From Patescibacteria group bacterium (GTDB lineage: Bacteria; Patescibacteriota; Minisyncoccia; Phycocordibacterales; UBA9973): a DNA stretch of 64,000 nucleotides. The DNA is taken from assembly GCA_028868715.1 (NCBI GenBank), contig JAGWUB010000001.1:119206-183205 (forward strand), in the 5' to 3' direction. The notes beneath the pieces are model-generated. The model was not told where the DNA came from. It ran no database searches and worked only from the letters and a program-made list of their open reading frames with translations. Shown here piece after piece: positions 28,202-37,995 of the stretch (positions within the stretch are counted from its first letter, which is position 1; every line of letters starts with the position of its first letter). The position numbers and the translations under genes were made by a program.

Positions 28202-28828
28202 ATGAAAATTATAGACATATCTTTACCACTAAATAACCAGACCCCTATTTATCCAGAGAACGTTCCTCTCTCTGTTAGTATGCACCATGCGATGCCGAAA
28301 TATTCTACTCAGCTCTCGGCAATTACTTTTGGGTCACATACTGGGACACACATAGATGCTCCAGCGCATTGCCTGGTGGGTGGGCTTACTCTTGATCAAA
28401 TTCCACTCGAGACTTTAATCGGGCCATGCCGAGTGTTGGACTTTTCCCAAAATCAAAGTGAGTGCGTGACGCAAGAAATGCTCCAAAGTAAAAATGTAAA
28501 AAAAGGAGAGCGGGTACTTTTGAAAACAAAAAACTCTATTCGAGGTTTTAAAGAATTTTATAAAGATTTTGTATATTTGGATGGAGACGGGGCAGATTAT
28601 CTGGCGGGCTTGGGTGTTTTACTGGTTGGGATTGATTCTTTGTCTATAAAAAAAAGTGGTGGACCAGACAGTCGCCCACACACAGCGCTACTTTCCAAAA
28701 ATATTCCCATAATTGAAGGGTTGAATATGTCTACGGTGATTGAAGGAGAATACAAACTCATTTGCTTGCCACTAAATTTCACTGGCATCGAAGGCGCTCC
28801 AGCTCGGGCGGTGCTTATAGAAAGGTAA
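28202..28828 (+). CDS. Cyclase-family (kynurenine formamidase-like) metal-dependent hydrolase
   Basis: HTGTHIDAPAH, VGIDSLS, IIEGL, EGAPARAVL. Confidence 0.9.
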   Translation: MKIIDISLPLNNQTPIYPENVPLSVSMHHAMPKYSTQLSAITFGSHTGTHIDAPAHCLVGGLTLDQIPLETLIGPCRVLDFSQNQSECVTQEMLQSKNVKKGERVLLKTKNSIRGFKEFYKDFVYLDGDGADYLAGLGVLLVGIDSLSIKKSGGPDSRPHTALLSKNIPIIEGLNMSTVIEGEYKLICLPLNFTGIEGAPARAVLIER

Positions 28829-28849
28829 ATAGGTATATAATGGATAAAT

Positions 28850-29335
28850 ATGAAAGGCGGGAAATTTAAACCTTCACATTTATTTTTAGGTATTGCAGGA
28901 TTACTAATCATTGAGGCTTTTTTGTTGTGGTTTTTGCCTGTGGTGGCTGCGAATGAAACTTTTATTCTGATATTTGCAATATTGGGCGCAGGAATGAATA
29001 TATATGTTTCCGTTGAAGCGATCAAAGAAGTTCAGGGCCACATGCGGATACTCGCATTTCTATCATTGGTTGTTTTGGAATTTATTGCTTTTTTTGCTTT
29101 TGAATATTATTTTCTACTTTTGGTGCAACCAGCAAGCTTCCCGACACTTACCGATGATATAATAAGCTTGCTCTTACATAGCTCAATGGTGTTTGTCTTT
29201 AATCCACTTTATCTGCCAGCCACTTTGGCTGGGCGGACTCTCTTACTCATCAATACACTCAGTGCTCTAGGCCTAGTTCTTTTTATATTGCAAAACATAT
29301 GGCAGCTTCGTCCAAAATTATCAGAGCCTACGTAA
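28850..29335 (+). CDS. Multi-TM hypothetical membrane protein
   Basis: Four to five hydrophobic segments. Confidence 0.65.
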   Translation: MKGGKFKPSHLFLGIAGLLIIEAFLLWFLPVVAANETFILIFAILGAGMNIYVSVEAIKEVQGHMRILAFLSLVVLEFIAFFAFEYYFLLLVQPASFPTLTDDIISLLLHSSMVFVFNPLYLPATLAGRTLLLINTLSALGLVLFILQNIWQLRPKLSEPT

Positions 29336-29452
29336 GTAGACTTAAGAGTTAGCTCTGTCACTGCAACTTTTAGGCCTTCACAAACGTATATGTTAGTACA
29401 CGGACTTTGTCGTAGTCTGTAAGTTTATTAGTAGAAAAATAATATAAAAAAT

Positions 29453-30280
29453 ATGAAGGAAAAGAAATATGTTTATGTAGCAATGGCTTTATTAGCAGTC
29501 ACAACTTTGATAGGCTCTCTGCCTGTCTTAGCAGACAATAATGATAATACCCAAACAAATAATCCGCCTAGTACTTTTGGAGTGAGGGGGATGATGGAGG
29601 GAAGAGGAGATGGAAGAGAAATGATGAAACCAGCTGTGTACGGTACAGTTTCAGCGATAAGTGTTAACACCATAACCGTAAATAGTATCCGAGGTTTTGG
29701 TACAAATGCAGTTACTACAACTTATACAGTAGACGCAACCAATGCAAAAATCTTCAAAGACAAAGTTGCCGGTACTATCTCCAGCATTGTCGTAGGTGAT
29801 ACTATTGTCGCTCAAGGTACTTTAACTGGAACAAATCTTGTTGCGACAATAATTCGTGACGGTAAATTAAATATGGGTACAATACGTGGTGGTCGTATGG
29901 GTGAAAAAAATGGGTCTAAGGGCACCAACACTCCACTCATCACAGGAAACGGACAACCGATTGTGGCTGGTACAGTGACTGCAATTTCTGGATCAAGTAT
30001 AACGATTACAAATAAAAGTAACGTTACCTATACGATTGATGCAACCAATGCAAAGATCACTAGAGGTCCAAATGTTATTGCAGTTTCAGGTGTCGCGGTA
30101 GGTGATATGGTAATTGCTCAAGGAACAATCAATGGCAACGCTGTTGTTGCGACTAGTGTAATCGATCAAACTAAAATAGCCAATACTAACTCAGGTGATT
30201 CAGGTGAACAATCTGATAAAGGAAAAGGTGGATTTTTTGGAGGCATCGGTTCATTCTTTGCACATCTATTCGGATTCTAA
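29453..30280 (+). CDS. Secreted protein with two DUF5666-like repeats
   Basis: Signal peptide; repeated GTV.AISG..IT...TYT.DATNAKI...VGD...AQGT; C-terminal GGFFGGIGSFF. Confidence 0.75.
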   Translation: MKEKKYVYVAMALLAVTTLIGSLPVLADNNDNTQTNNPPSTFGVRGMMEGRGDGREMMKPAVYGTVSAISVNTITVNSIRGFGTNAVTTTYTVDATNAKIFKDKVAGTISSIVVGDTIVAQGTLTGTNLVATIIRDGKLNMGTIRGGRMGEKNGSKGTNTPLITGNGQPIVAGTVTAISGSSITITNKSNVTYTIDATNAKITRGPNVIAVSGVAVGDMVIAQGTINGNAVVATSVIDQTKIANTNSGDSGEQSDKGKGGFFGGIGSFFAHLFGF

Positions 30281-30298
30281 ATTAATATAACAGAGAAC

Positions 30299-30326
30299 AA
30301 AAAAACCTCCACGCGGAGGTTTTTTT
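30299..30326. terminator. Bidirectional intrinsic terminator
   Basis: AAAAAACCTCC-ACGC-GGAGGTTTTTT. Confidence 0.85.
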
Positions 30327-30397
30327 GTTTGGTGGACAGTTCGGTACGCTGTTAAACTATTTTATTGATAAATAAGGCTAAAATTAAGATTGTCGGG

Positions 30398-30931
30398 TTA
30401 AATAATACAAGACTTCACAACTTTAGCAATATTTTCATTCCAATCATGACCAGCATCTACTTCAAGGACTTTAAAACCTTTATTTTTCAATATTTCTACT
30501 GATTTTTTATCACAAAAGTAATTGTCATTTTTACCCCTAATGATTGTAATATTTTCTTTCGGTATTTTTATTATAGTATCCAAAACATCAATATTTAAAA
30601 TTTCCAAAACCCTTTTAATTCCAAATAACCAACTTCTAATTGGAGTTACTTTTCTCCAAGATATGCCTTCCGTGAAAAAGAATTTAAACCATCTTATTAA
30701 AACAAACAAAAAATTTTCCTTTTTAATCAAAGGATTAACCAAAATAAATTTTCCGTTTTTTATTGAATTATAATGAGATAAAATAAAATTTACCCCTCCA
30801 CTATGGCCAATATAATAATCCGCAACGGGCAATTCATCCGGAAAAGATTTTAACCAAATATCTAGACCATCGTAACCTCCATAATTTTTTACATATTGAA
30901 ACGCACCCGGAAAAATAAGAGCTTTCTTCAT
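30398..30931 (-). CDS. Small alpha/beta-hydrolase-like protein
   Basis: IGHSGG nucleophile elbow, RGKND, AGHDW; very AT-rich, next to tRNA-Ser. Confidence 0.65.
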   Translation of the reverse strand: MKKALIFPGAFQYVKNYGGYDGLDIWLKSFPDELPVADYYIGHSGGVNFILSHYNSIKNGKFILVNPLIKKENFLFVLIRWFKFFFTEGISWRKVTPIRSWLFGIKRVLEILNIDVLDTIIKIPKENITIIRGKNDNYFCDKKSVEILKNKGFKVLEVDAGHDWNENIAKVVKSCII

Positions 30932-30959
30932 AAATTTATTTTATCATAAAAACCATCTG

Positions 30960-31044
30960 CGGAGGCGGTGAGATTCGAACTCACGGTGCCTTGCGGCACT
31001 CCTGTTTTCAAGACAGGTGCACTAAGCCTCTATGCGACGCCTCC
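30960..31044 (-). tRNA. tRNA-Ser (TGA)
   Basis: Reverse complement GGAGGCG.. with CCTGT-CTTGAAA-ACAGG, long variable arm, GTTCGAATC. Confidence 0.95.
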
Positions 31045-31050
31045 ATTTAT

Positions 31051-31302
31051 TTATTTCTTTTTAAACCTAAGCACTTGCTTGAAAAATCTCCAAGCTCCCT
31101 TGAAATCATGTTTTACTTCCACCCAAGGTTTTTTTACAATCTTGAAAATATAAAAGATTTCTAAAATCCCCACAGTGTTTACTAAAAGTAGTACCACAAA
31201 CCATACCTTTTCCTTGCGTTCGCAGGCCAGCCACACCGCGTAAACTTTCCATGGAATAGCCCAAAGAGCCAATATTACTAATATTATATTTAATGTATTC
31301 AT
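31051..31302 (-). CDS. Small membrane protein (DUF5652-like)
   Basis: W...WK.YA.W.A......WF..LL.VNT.GILEI.Y pattern. Confidence 0.75.
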   Translation of the reverse strand: MNTLNIILVILALWAIPWKVYAVWLACERKEKVWFVVLLLVNTVGILEIFYIFKIVKKPWVEVKHDFKGAWRFFKQVLRFKKK

Positions 31303-31347
31303 AAAAAAATCATATCAGAAAAATGCTTTTTATGCTAGTATGTGACT

Positions 31348-31791
31348 ATGAGAATTCTAGGTATCGATTATGGAACTAAAAGGATCGGTTTGGCGCTAAC
31401 AGATGAAAATAACAGGCTAGCTTTTCCGAAAGAAATCTTGGTTAATGACTCCAATACTTTCAAAAAACTAGAGCAGATTATAAAAGAGGAACAAATTTCA
31501 GAAATTGTGGTCGGCGAATCAGTGGATTTTTCCGGTAAATTAAACGCCTTGTCAGCTAGAATTGAAGTTTTTATCTTAGAACTCGAGGAGAAATTTAGGT
31601 TACCAATTCATAAACAAAAAGAATTTTTAACTTCAGTAGAAGCCAGAAAGTCTGGGGTTAATAAGAAAAGCTTGAGCCCATCACAAGCCCACAGTAAAAT
31701 AAAGCAAATAAAAAGTGGTCGGATAGATGCACAGGCAGCTGCGCTCATCCTACAACGATATTTGGATAAAAAGAACTTAAGTAGTAATTAA
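31348..31791 (+). CDS. ruvX: YqgF/RuvX pre-16S rRNA nuclease
   Basis: MRILGIDYGTKRIGLA, E.LTS.EA, ID..AAALILQRYLD. Confidence 0.92.
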   Translation: MRILGIDYGTKRIGLALTDENNRLAFPKEILVNDSNTFKKLEQIIKEEQISEIVVGESVDFSGKLNALSARIEVFILELEEKFRLPIHKQKEFLTSVEARKSGVNKKSLSPSQAHSKIKQIKSGRIDAQAAALILQRYLDKKNLSSN

Positions 31792-31840
31792 GCAAGGTAA
31801 AACGATAGCAAGAAATAGGATAGTATCGTATAATATAACC

Positions 31841-32935
31841 ATGTTTAAGAATTCATTTGATAAACTTTTTCTTAGATTTTTTCCTGTACCGAAGTTTTTT
31901 GTAGCACCTTCCTTTGGCTTAGATATTTCCGATGAGTCCTTAAAATTTACTGAGCTGACTATATCAAAAAATGGTATTAAACTAGGAAGATATGGAGAGC
32001 GTAAAATACCATTAGGAATAATTGAGTCTGGTAAAATAAAAGATCCAAAACGAATGGTAGAAGTTCTATCAGCGCTTAGAAAAGAAGAAGGCTTAAGGTC
32101 TGTACGTGTTTCTTTACCTGAAGAGCAAGTATATCTTTTTAGACTTAGCCTAGACAAAGCTGGTTTAGACAATGTTCGCGAGGCCATCGAGCTCTCTCTA
32201 GAGGAGCATATTCCAATATCAGCTGAAGATGCTATCTTTGACTATGAATTCTTAAGTGAGGATGAACAAAAAATAGAACTTCAAATCGCAGCTATTCCCA
32301 AAAATATAATTGAAAATTACCTATTAGTTTTTAGAGATTCTGCAATAACAGTTCAGTCTTTTGAGCTGGAAGCACAAGCCATTTCTCGGGCAGTTGTTAA
32401 AAAAGGGGATATGAATACTTACATGATTGTAGACTTTGGACAAACTCGCACTGGTATCTTTATCGTATCAAAAGGAGTGGTGACATTTACTTCCACGTTG
32501 GATGTCGGAGGAGTGACACTAAATAATATGATTGCAAAAAATTTCAAAATAAGTCCCGAAGAAGCAAAGCAAATGAAACAGCAGTATGGTTTACAGCGAA
32601 ATATCGCCAACAAAGAAATATTCGCTGTACTTTTAAATAGTGTCTCAGTTTTGCGCGATGAAATAGTTAAACACTTCTTGTATTGGAATACGCACAAAGA
32701 TGAAGCGGGTAACAATAATCCGCCTATTAAAAAAATTATTCTTTGTGGTGGTGATGCAAACTTGATCGGGTTGGCTGATTACTTGTCCGTGAGTATGAAA
32801 AGTCCAGTGGAAATGGCCAATGTTTGGATTAATATAGTGAATACAGAAGAGTACACACCCAAAATAAGCTTTAGACAAGCTCTTTATTTTGCCACAGCTC
32901 TAGGACTGGCCTTGGGAGATTTTGAGGAGAAATAA
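31841..32935 (+). CDS. pilM: Type IV pilus assembly protein PilM
   Basis: FGLDISD, IVDFG..RT, IILCGG actin-like fold motifs. Confidence 0.85.
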   Translation: MFKNSFDKLFLRFFPVPKFFVAPSFGLDISDESLKFTELTISKNGIKLGRYGERKIPLGIIESGKIKDPKRMVEVLSALRKEEGLRSVRVSLPEEQVYLFRLSLDKAGLDNVREAIELSLEEHIPISAEDAIFDYEFLSEDEQKIELQIAAIPKNIIENYLLVFRDSAITVQSFELEAQAISRAVVKKGDMNTYMIVDFGQTRTGIFIVSKGVVTFTSTLDVGGVTLNNMIAKNFKISPEEAKQMKQQYGLQRNIANKEIFAVLLNSVSVLRDEIVKHFLYWNTHKDEAGNNNPPIKKIILCGGDANLIGLADYLSVSMKSPVEMANVWINIVNTEEYTPKISFRQALYFATALGLALGDFEEK

Positions 32936-32946
32936 TTTAAATTCAT

Positions 32947-33489
32947 ATGATTAATTTAATTCCAAATCAAGAAAAGAAAAAAATGATCAAGGGTTTTTAT
33001 TATCGACTCACAATTTTATCTTTATTGATGCTCTCTGTTTCTATTTTTATTGCCATTCTTTCACTTATGCCGGCGTATTTTTTTTCTAGTTCCAGAAACA
33101 ACATTGCTAACCAAAAATTAGAAATACAAAAAAAAGAATTATTACCCTTGGTGGACCAACAAACTTCAGTAATCATAAACGACATAAATAAGAAGCTCAC
33201 TTTGGTTGAAAAAGCCGAGAAGAATAAATATTCTGTTTCTGAAAGAGTGATAAATGCTATTTTCCTGAAAAAAATTTCTAGTATCAAAATCACCCAAATT
33301 ACTTATCAAAACAATTTGCTTGATGGGAAGAAAATAAATATTAGTGGCACCGCACCATCCAGAGAAGTTTTACTCTTATTTCGCCAGGCGCTAGAAGAAG
33401 ATCCTTCTTTCAAGAGTGTTAACTTACCAATTTCAAATTTTGTCAAAGGTTCTGATATCCAATTTTACTTAAGTTTAATTCCTGTATAA
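32947..33489 (+). CDS. pilN: PilN-like protein
   Basis: MINLIP motif, TM helix, ISGTA; directly after pilM. Confidence 0.75.
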   Translation: MINLIPNQEKKKMIKGFYYRLTILSLLMLSVSIFIAILSLMPAYFFSSSRNNIANQKLEIQKKELLPLVDQQTSVIINDINKKLTLVEKAEKNKYSVSERVINAIFLKKISSIKITQITYQNNLLDGKKINISGTAPSREVLLLFRQALEEDPSFKSVNLPISNFVKGSDIQFYLSLIPV

Positions 33490-33490
33490 T

Positions 33491-34066
33491 ATGAAAAATA
33501 ATTTTAAAATAATACAGTTACTGCTCTCTATGATACTTTTTTTGTTCGCATCTTTTGCTCTTTTTCTTTTATATAGAGAAATAAATTTAAATAATCAAAA
33601 AGCAACTATGTCTACTACAGAATTAGAAAATGAAACCAGTAGACGCAACGAAGTAAAGCTACTCAATGATTCAATTGAGGTAATTAAAGAAGATAAATCT
33701 TTACTGGAGACGCATTTTGCACAGAGTTCTGATGTGGTGCCCTTCTTAGATACGATAGAAGCGCTCGGCCCGATGGTGGGAGTTAAGGCCCAAACTACTT
33801 CGGTTGATATTTTAAAAGACAATACTGGACTGGTGGTTAAAATAAGTGCCTCAGGTGATTTTAAAAATATTTATAAATTTCTGACTCTCTTAGAAAATTC
33901 ACCATATGAGCTTGAAATTACTTCAATGGATTTACAAAAAGAAGCAAGTACTATTGTACCCGTAGACCCTACAGCACCTCAGGACTCAAAACCAGTAATA
34001 GCTTTACCCCAAGAGTCAAAATGGCAGGCTGTATTTGGAATAAAACTTTTAAGCTTCGTTCAATAA
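33491..34066 (+). CDS. pilO: PilO-like protein
   Basis: TM plus coiled coil, SGDF..IYKFL.LLENSPY; operon position. Confidence 0.7.
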   Translation: MKNNFKIIQLLLSMILFLFASFALFLLYREINLNNQKATMSTTELENETSRRNEVKLLNDSIEVIKEDKSLLETHFAQSSDVVPFLDTIEALGPMVGVKAQTTSVDILKDNTGLVVKISASGDFKNIYKFLTLLENSPYELEITSMDLQKEASTIVPVDPTAPQDSKPVIALPQESKWQAVFGIKLLSFVQ

Positions 34067-34072
34067 AATCAA

Positions 34073-34378
34073 ATGAAAATCAATTTTTTAAAACCTAAAA
34101 AGAATTTCAAGAAAAAAAATTTAGAGCTTAATTCAAATTTTTATTGGAAAATTATTATGTTTTCAGTATTCATTTTAACCGCCGTTTCTTTTGTTTTTGG
34201 GTATTATATGTTTGTGCAAGTGAAAGATGAGGCAAGTTCTTCGGCTGGAAACGTCAACCAGAAACAACCAATAGAAAAACAGAGGCTGGAAAAAGTTTTA
34301 GATATTTTCTCTGCGCGAGAAAAAAAATCAAATGAAATATTAAATTCTCCGGCCCCAGTCGTTGACCCATCGCTCTAA
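34073..34378 (+). CDS. Small TM protein ending the pilMNO operon
   Basis: TM helix, C-terminal VVDPSL; adjacent to pilO. Confidence 0.6.
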   Translation: MKINFLKPKKNFKKKNLELNSNFYWKIIMFSVFILTAVSFVFGYYMFVQVKDEASSSAGNVNQKQPIEKQRLEKVLDIFSAREKKSNEILNSPAPVVDPSL

Positions 34379-34400
34379 ACATGTTAATTTAAGGTTACTT

Positions 34401-34473
34401 GCGCGGTTAGCTCAGTTGGTAGAGCAACTCTTTTACACAGAGAAGGTCGTAGGTTCAAGTCCTACACCGCGCA
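34401..34473 (+). tRNA. tRNA-Val (TAC)
   Basis: GCGCGGT/ACCGCGC acceptor stem, loop TTTACAC, GTTCAAGTC. Confidence 0.93.
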
Positions 34474-34481
34474 CTAGAAAT

Positions 34482-35219
34482 ATGAACTTAAAGATTGCGA
34501 CGTATAACATAAAACACGGGCTCAAGTTGGCGAAAATTATAGAAAATATGCAGGAGCTTTCAGCTTCTGGGGTTATGGTTTTCTGCTTGCAAGAAATGCG
34601 CGAATCTAACAAAAAAGAGCCTTCAGTCTTGGGAGCTTGCCTCAAAGCTTTGGGTGAAGGCTGGGAACATGAAACATTTCTAGAACCTCATAGTATAAAT
34701 TTTGGGCTATGCTTCATCTGGAGAGCCGATGTGTTGAAGGTAAAAAAATTAGAAAAGCTTGTTCTGCCTAAAATTCCTAAATTTAATATAAGAGTCATTG
34801 CTAAGAAAATCAAAAAAATAATTGATAGAGGCGCATTGATTGGAACTTTTGAGATGAATGGTAAATTAATTAGAATAAGCAATATCCACCTAGATTGTCA
34901 TGGCCAATTTGCGCAAAGAGAAAGACAACTAAAGGCTCTGGTTGATTATTTAAAGTCTAATTCTTCAATAGATAAGGAAATTATTTGTGGCGACTTTAAT
35001 ACTATTGGAATGGAAGCTTTGTCAAAAAAACAAGAAAAGAAAATACTAGATATATTGGGCCCTAATTTTATTAATGCTCACCCGCGCAGTACTCCAACGT
35101 TTCATTTACTACAACGCTTAGACTACATATTCGTAAAAAATATTAAAGTAAAAAAAGCTGAAGTATTAAAACTAAAAGGTTCGGATCATCGACCGATCAT
35201 AGCTAGTTTAGAAATATAA
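34482..35219 (+). CDS. Endonuclease/exonuclease/phosphatase family protein
   Basis: ATYNI, CLQE, NIHL, ICGDFN, LDYIF, SDHRP; real start after the tRNA. Confidence 0.9.
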   Translation: MNLKIATYNIKHGLKLAKIIENMQELSASGVMVFCLQEMRESNKKEPSVLGACLKALGEGWEHETFLEPHSINFGLCFIWRADVLKVKKLEKLVLPKIPKFNIRVIAKKIKKIIDRGALIGTFEMNGKLIRISNIHLDCHGQFAQRERQLKALVDYLKSNSSIDKEIICGDFNTIGMEALSKKQEKKILDILGPNFINAHPRSTPTFHLLQRLDYIFVKNIKVKKAEVLKLKGSDHRPIIASLEI

Positions 35220-35281
35220 TTTATTTTTTTGGTAAAAAGGACTGTTTGTAGTATATTGAATATGTTTATGTTCAATAATCT

Positions 35282-35356
35282 GCCCTTGTAGTTCAATGGA
35301 TAGAACGAAGCTCTTCTAAGGCTTTGATGTAGGTTCGATTCCTACCAAGGGCACCA
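35282..35356 (+). tRNA. tRNA-Arg (TCT)
   Basis: GCCCTTG/CAAGGGC acceptor stem, loop CTTCTAA, encoded CCA. Confidence 0.95.
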
Positions 35357-35361
35357 ACCAG

Positions 35362-36069
35362 ATGGCAAATAGCATCAAAATTTTATATGAGGATAAAGAT
35401 ATTTTAGCCATAGATAAACCTGCGGGTATTGCCGTGCACCCCGACGGAAGGAGTAAAGAAAAGACAATTACTGATTGGATTTTGAAAAACTACCCGAAAA
35501 TGAAAAACGTGGGTGAACCCATGGGGGAAATAAAAAGACCAGGGATAGTGCACAGGTTAGATAAAGATACTTCTGGTGTTTTACTTTTGGCAAAAAATCA
35601 AAAAGCATATGAATTTCTAAAAGGACAATTTAAAAATCGTGAAGTTAAAAAAACATACAATGCTATTGTGAATGGGTGGTTCAAGGAAGACAGGGGAGTA
35701 ATAAATAAACCAATCGGCCGAAGTCCGTCAGATTTTAGAAAATATTCTGCCAGCCGTGGGGCGCGAGGCGAGATGCGGGAGGCCATTACTCGATATAAAG
35801 TTTTAAAAAGATTTAATGAAGGAAAACTTCACAAATATACTTTCTTAGAAGTATATCCAAAAACTGGCCGAACCCATCAGATCCGGGTGCACCTGAAAGC
35901 CGTAGATCATCCGGTAGTTTGTGATTCATTATATAACCCAAAAGGTTCTTGTCCAAAGAGTATCACTCGCATGGCACTTCATGCAAAAGCCATTGAATTT
36001 AAAGACTCAAAAGGCAAAATCATAAAAGTGGAATCGCTTTTGCCTGCAGAGTGGAGAGGCATTGAGTAA
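35362..36069 (+). CDS. RluA/RluD-family pseudouridine synthase
   Basis: DKPAG, GIVHRLDKDTSG, TGRTHQIRVH. Confidence 0.93.
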   Translation: MANSIKILYEDKDILAIDKPAGIAVHPDGRSKEKTITDWILKNYPKMKNVGEPMGEIKRPGIVHRLDKDTSGVLLLAKNQKAYEFLKGQFKNREVKKTYNAIVNGWFKEDRGVINKPIGRSPSDFRKYSASRGARGEMREAITRYKVLKRFNEGKLHKYTFLEVYPKTGRTHQIRVHLKAVDHPVVCDSLYNPKGSCPKSITRMALHAKAIEFKDSKGKIIKVESLLPAEWRGIE

Positions 36070-36127
36070 ATCTAGTAAAGTGATATCATTTTATATAAAG
36101 GTCGTAATCTAATTTATGTAAAATTAT

Positions 36128-36433
36128 ATGATTTTCATATATACAACCTGTTCAAACGAGAAAGAGGCAAAAAAGCTTGGTAACTCAATGATTACCAAAA
36201 AAATGGCAGCGTGTGTTGATTTCTGGCCAGTTCAATCTTGCTATCATTGGGACAAAGAACTTAAATGTGTTTCTCAATTTATGATTATTGTCACGACCTT
36301 TGAAACAAAAATTGAGGAAGTGAATGAACTTATTTCTAAAAATCATAGCTACAGTGTTCCTTTAATTGCTGGGGTAGATGTTCGTCGAATTAATCGATCT
36401 TATAAAGAATGGATGATGAAGGAAGTACCATAA
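36128..36433 (+). CDS. cutA: Divalent cation tolerance protein CutA
   Basis: IYTTC, AACV, HSYSVP, Y.EW. Confidence 0.85.
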   Translation: MIFIYTTCSNEKEAKKLGNSMITKKMAACVDFWPVQSCYHWDKELKCVSQFMIIVTTFETKIEEVNELISKNHSYSVPLIAGVDVRRINRSYKEWMMKEVP

Positions 36434-36500
36434 TATTCAAAAATCGTCCAAGATACAAAATTAATTGCCTTAAAAATTTTTTTATGGTAAAGTTCTTTCA

Positions 36501-36911
36501 ATGAAAATCAGTAACACAAAACTTACCCCAGTGGACATAGAAGCCCGCAAGAAACTCGACTTTAAAGCCGGAGACACTATTCGTGTCTGGTCCAAAATTA
36601 AAGATGAAAAAGGCAAATTTCGCTTGCAGGCCTTTGAGGGCATAGTTCTCGCTCGTAAACACGGTACAGAAATTGGTGCTACTTTTACCGTAAGGAAAGT
36701 CGCTTCAGGGGTAGGAGTTGAAAGAATTTTTCCAATTTACTCTCCAATGATAGATAAGATTGAAATAGTTAAGAGATCTCGCGCTCGCCGATCAAAGCTA
36801 TATTATATTCGCACTAAAGCGGTCAAAGATATTCGCCGAAAAATGCGTTCAGTGGTACCTCAAGCTGAAGGTAAGGCAGAAGCTGAAGAAGCAGTTGCTG
36901 TAGAAATCTAA
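36501..36911 (+). CDS. rplS: 50S ribosomal protein L19
   Basis: FKAGDTIRV, RLQAFEG, FTVRK.ASGVGVERIFP, RRSKLYY. Confidence 0.96.
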   Translation: MKISNTKLTPVDIEARKKLDFKAGDTIRVWSKIKDEKGKFRLQAFEGIVLARKHGTEIGATFTVRKVASGVGVERIFPIYSPMIDKIEIVKRSRARRSKLYYIRTKAVKDIRRKMRSVVPQAEGKAEAEEAVAVEI

Positions 36912-36956
36912 ATAAAATTTGTTTATAGTGTTTGTTTATTGTTATAATTCTATTAT

Positions 36957-37040
36957 GCCCAGGTGGCGAAACTGGTAGACGTACTACCTTGAGGTGGTAG
37001 CGCCCGCAAGGGCATGGGAGTTCAAATCTCCCCCTGGGCA
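36957..37040 (+). tRNA. tRNA-Leu (GAG)
   Basis: GCCCAGG acceptor stem, CTACC-TTGAGGT-GGTAG, long variable arm. Confidence 0.94.
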
Positions 37041-37050
37041 CACATAACTT

Positions 37051-37458
37051 ATGGACAATAAAAATATTCCAACTGAAGAAGAATTGAAGAATAAATTAGA
37101 CAAAGAACAGTACAGAGTTCTAAGGGAAAAGGGAACTGAAGCCCCTTTTTCTGGTAAATATTTAAATGAAAAAAGATCTGGAACTTACACATGTGTTGTT
37201 TGCGACAATCCCTTATTTCCATCTACCGCTAAGTTTGATTCTAGTATTTCTGGGCTAGCTGGTTGGCCTTCATTTGACCAGGCATTACCTGGAGCTATTA
37301 AATTTCAGAAGGACTTATCTTATAACATGGAACGCACCGAAGTTCTCTGCGCCAAGTGTAATTCTCACCTGGGGCATGTCTTTGATGATGAATCGGCAAA
37401 GACGGGAAAGCATTACTGTCTGAATTCTATTTGCTTAAATTTAAAAGAAGAAAAATAG
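37051..37458 (+). CDS. msrB: Peptide methionine sulfoxide reductase MsrB
   Basis: GTEAPF, GWPSF, RTEV.C..C.SHLGHVF, HYCLNS. Confidence 0.95.
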   Translation: MDNKNIPTEEELKNKLDKEQYRVLREKGTEAPFSGKYLNEKRSGTYTCVVCDNPLFPSTAKFDSSISGLAGWPSFDQALPGAIKFQKDLSYNMERTEVLCAKCNSHLGHVFDDESAKTGKHYCLNSICLNLKEEK

Positions 37459-37474
37459 ATCGTATAATTACCAT

Positions 37475-37909
37475 ATGCAATTCACAAGTGAAGTATTAAT
37501 AAAAATAGCTATTTTTATTTTAGGTCTGTGTGGTTTTTTAGTAGCAAAACATATCTACAACCACAAAACAAAAAATACACCGCTTATTTGTCCAGCTAGA
37601 TTTGATTGTCATGCGGTGGTCCACAGTGATTATTCTAGATTTCTAGGTATAAGGGTGGAGATTTTAGGTATGTGTTATTACGCCTTTACAGTTGTTGCGT
37701 ATGCTGTATTTATTTTTAAGTCAGAACTTTTATTTTTTGGTCACGCTGACCTGATTAATATATTTTTTTTCTCCTTGTCATTGGCAGCCTTCCTTTTTTC
37801 CACCTATCTGATTGCTGTACAAATTTTTATATTAAAAAAAGGTTGCTCTTGGTGTATAGTCTCAGCCTTTATTTGTCTTTGTATTTTTATACTAACTGTG
37901 ATTAAATAG
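37475..37909 (+). CDS. Vitamin K epoxide reductase (VKOR) family protein
   Basis: C...C..V..S.YS and C-terminal CSWC motif in a TM protein. Confidence 0.85.
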   Translation: MQFTSEVLIKIAIFILGLCGFLVAKHIYNHKTKNTPLICPARFDCHAVVHSDYSRFLGIRVEILGMCYYAFTVVAYAVFIFKSELLFFGHADLINIFFFSLSLAAFLFSTYLIAVQIFILKKGCSWCIVSAFICLCIFILTVIK

Positions 37910-37918
37910 CTAGTACAT

Positions 37919-37991
37919 GGTGCCCATGGTGTAACGGTTAACACGGAGGTTTGTGGAACCTTCGATTCGGGTTCAATTCCCGATGGGCACC
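37919..37991 (+). tRNA. tRNA-His (GTG)
   Basis: Encoded G-1, GTGCCCA/TGGGCAC stem, loop TTGTGGA, C73. Confidence 0.92.
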
Positions 37992-37995
37992 CATT

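Noticed and set aside
30330-30960. AT-rich gene at the 3' side of tRNA-Ser as an integrated island
   Set aside because: No integrase and no duplicated tRNA 3' end (att site) visible.
31640-31725. Extended basic linker in RuvX as another insertion element
   Set aside because: Only short weak hairpins, no long arms and no similarity to families A-C.
34362-34481. N-terminal part of the 285-aa ORF in the track
   Set aside because: Overlaps tRNA-Val; the real CDS starts at ATG 34482.
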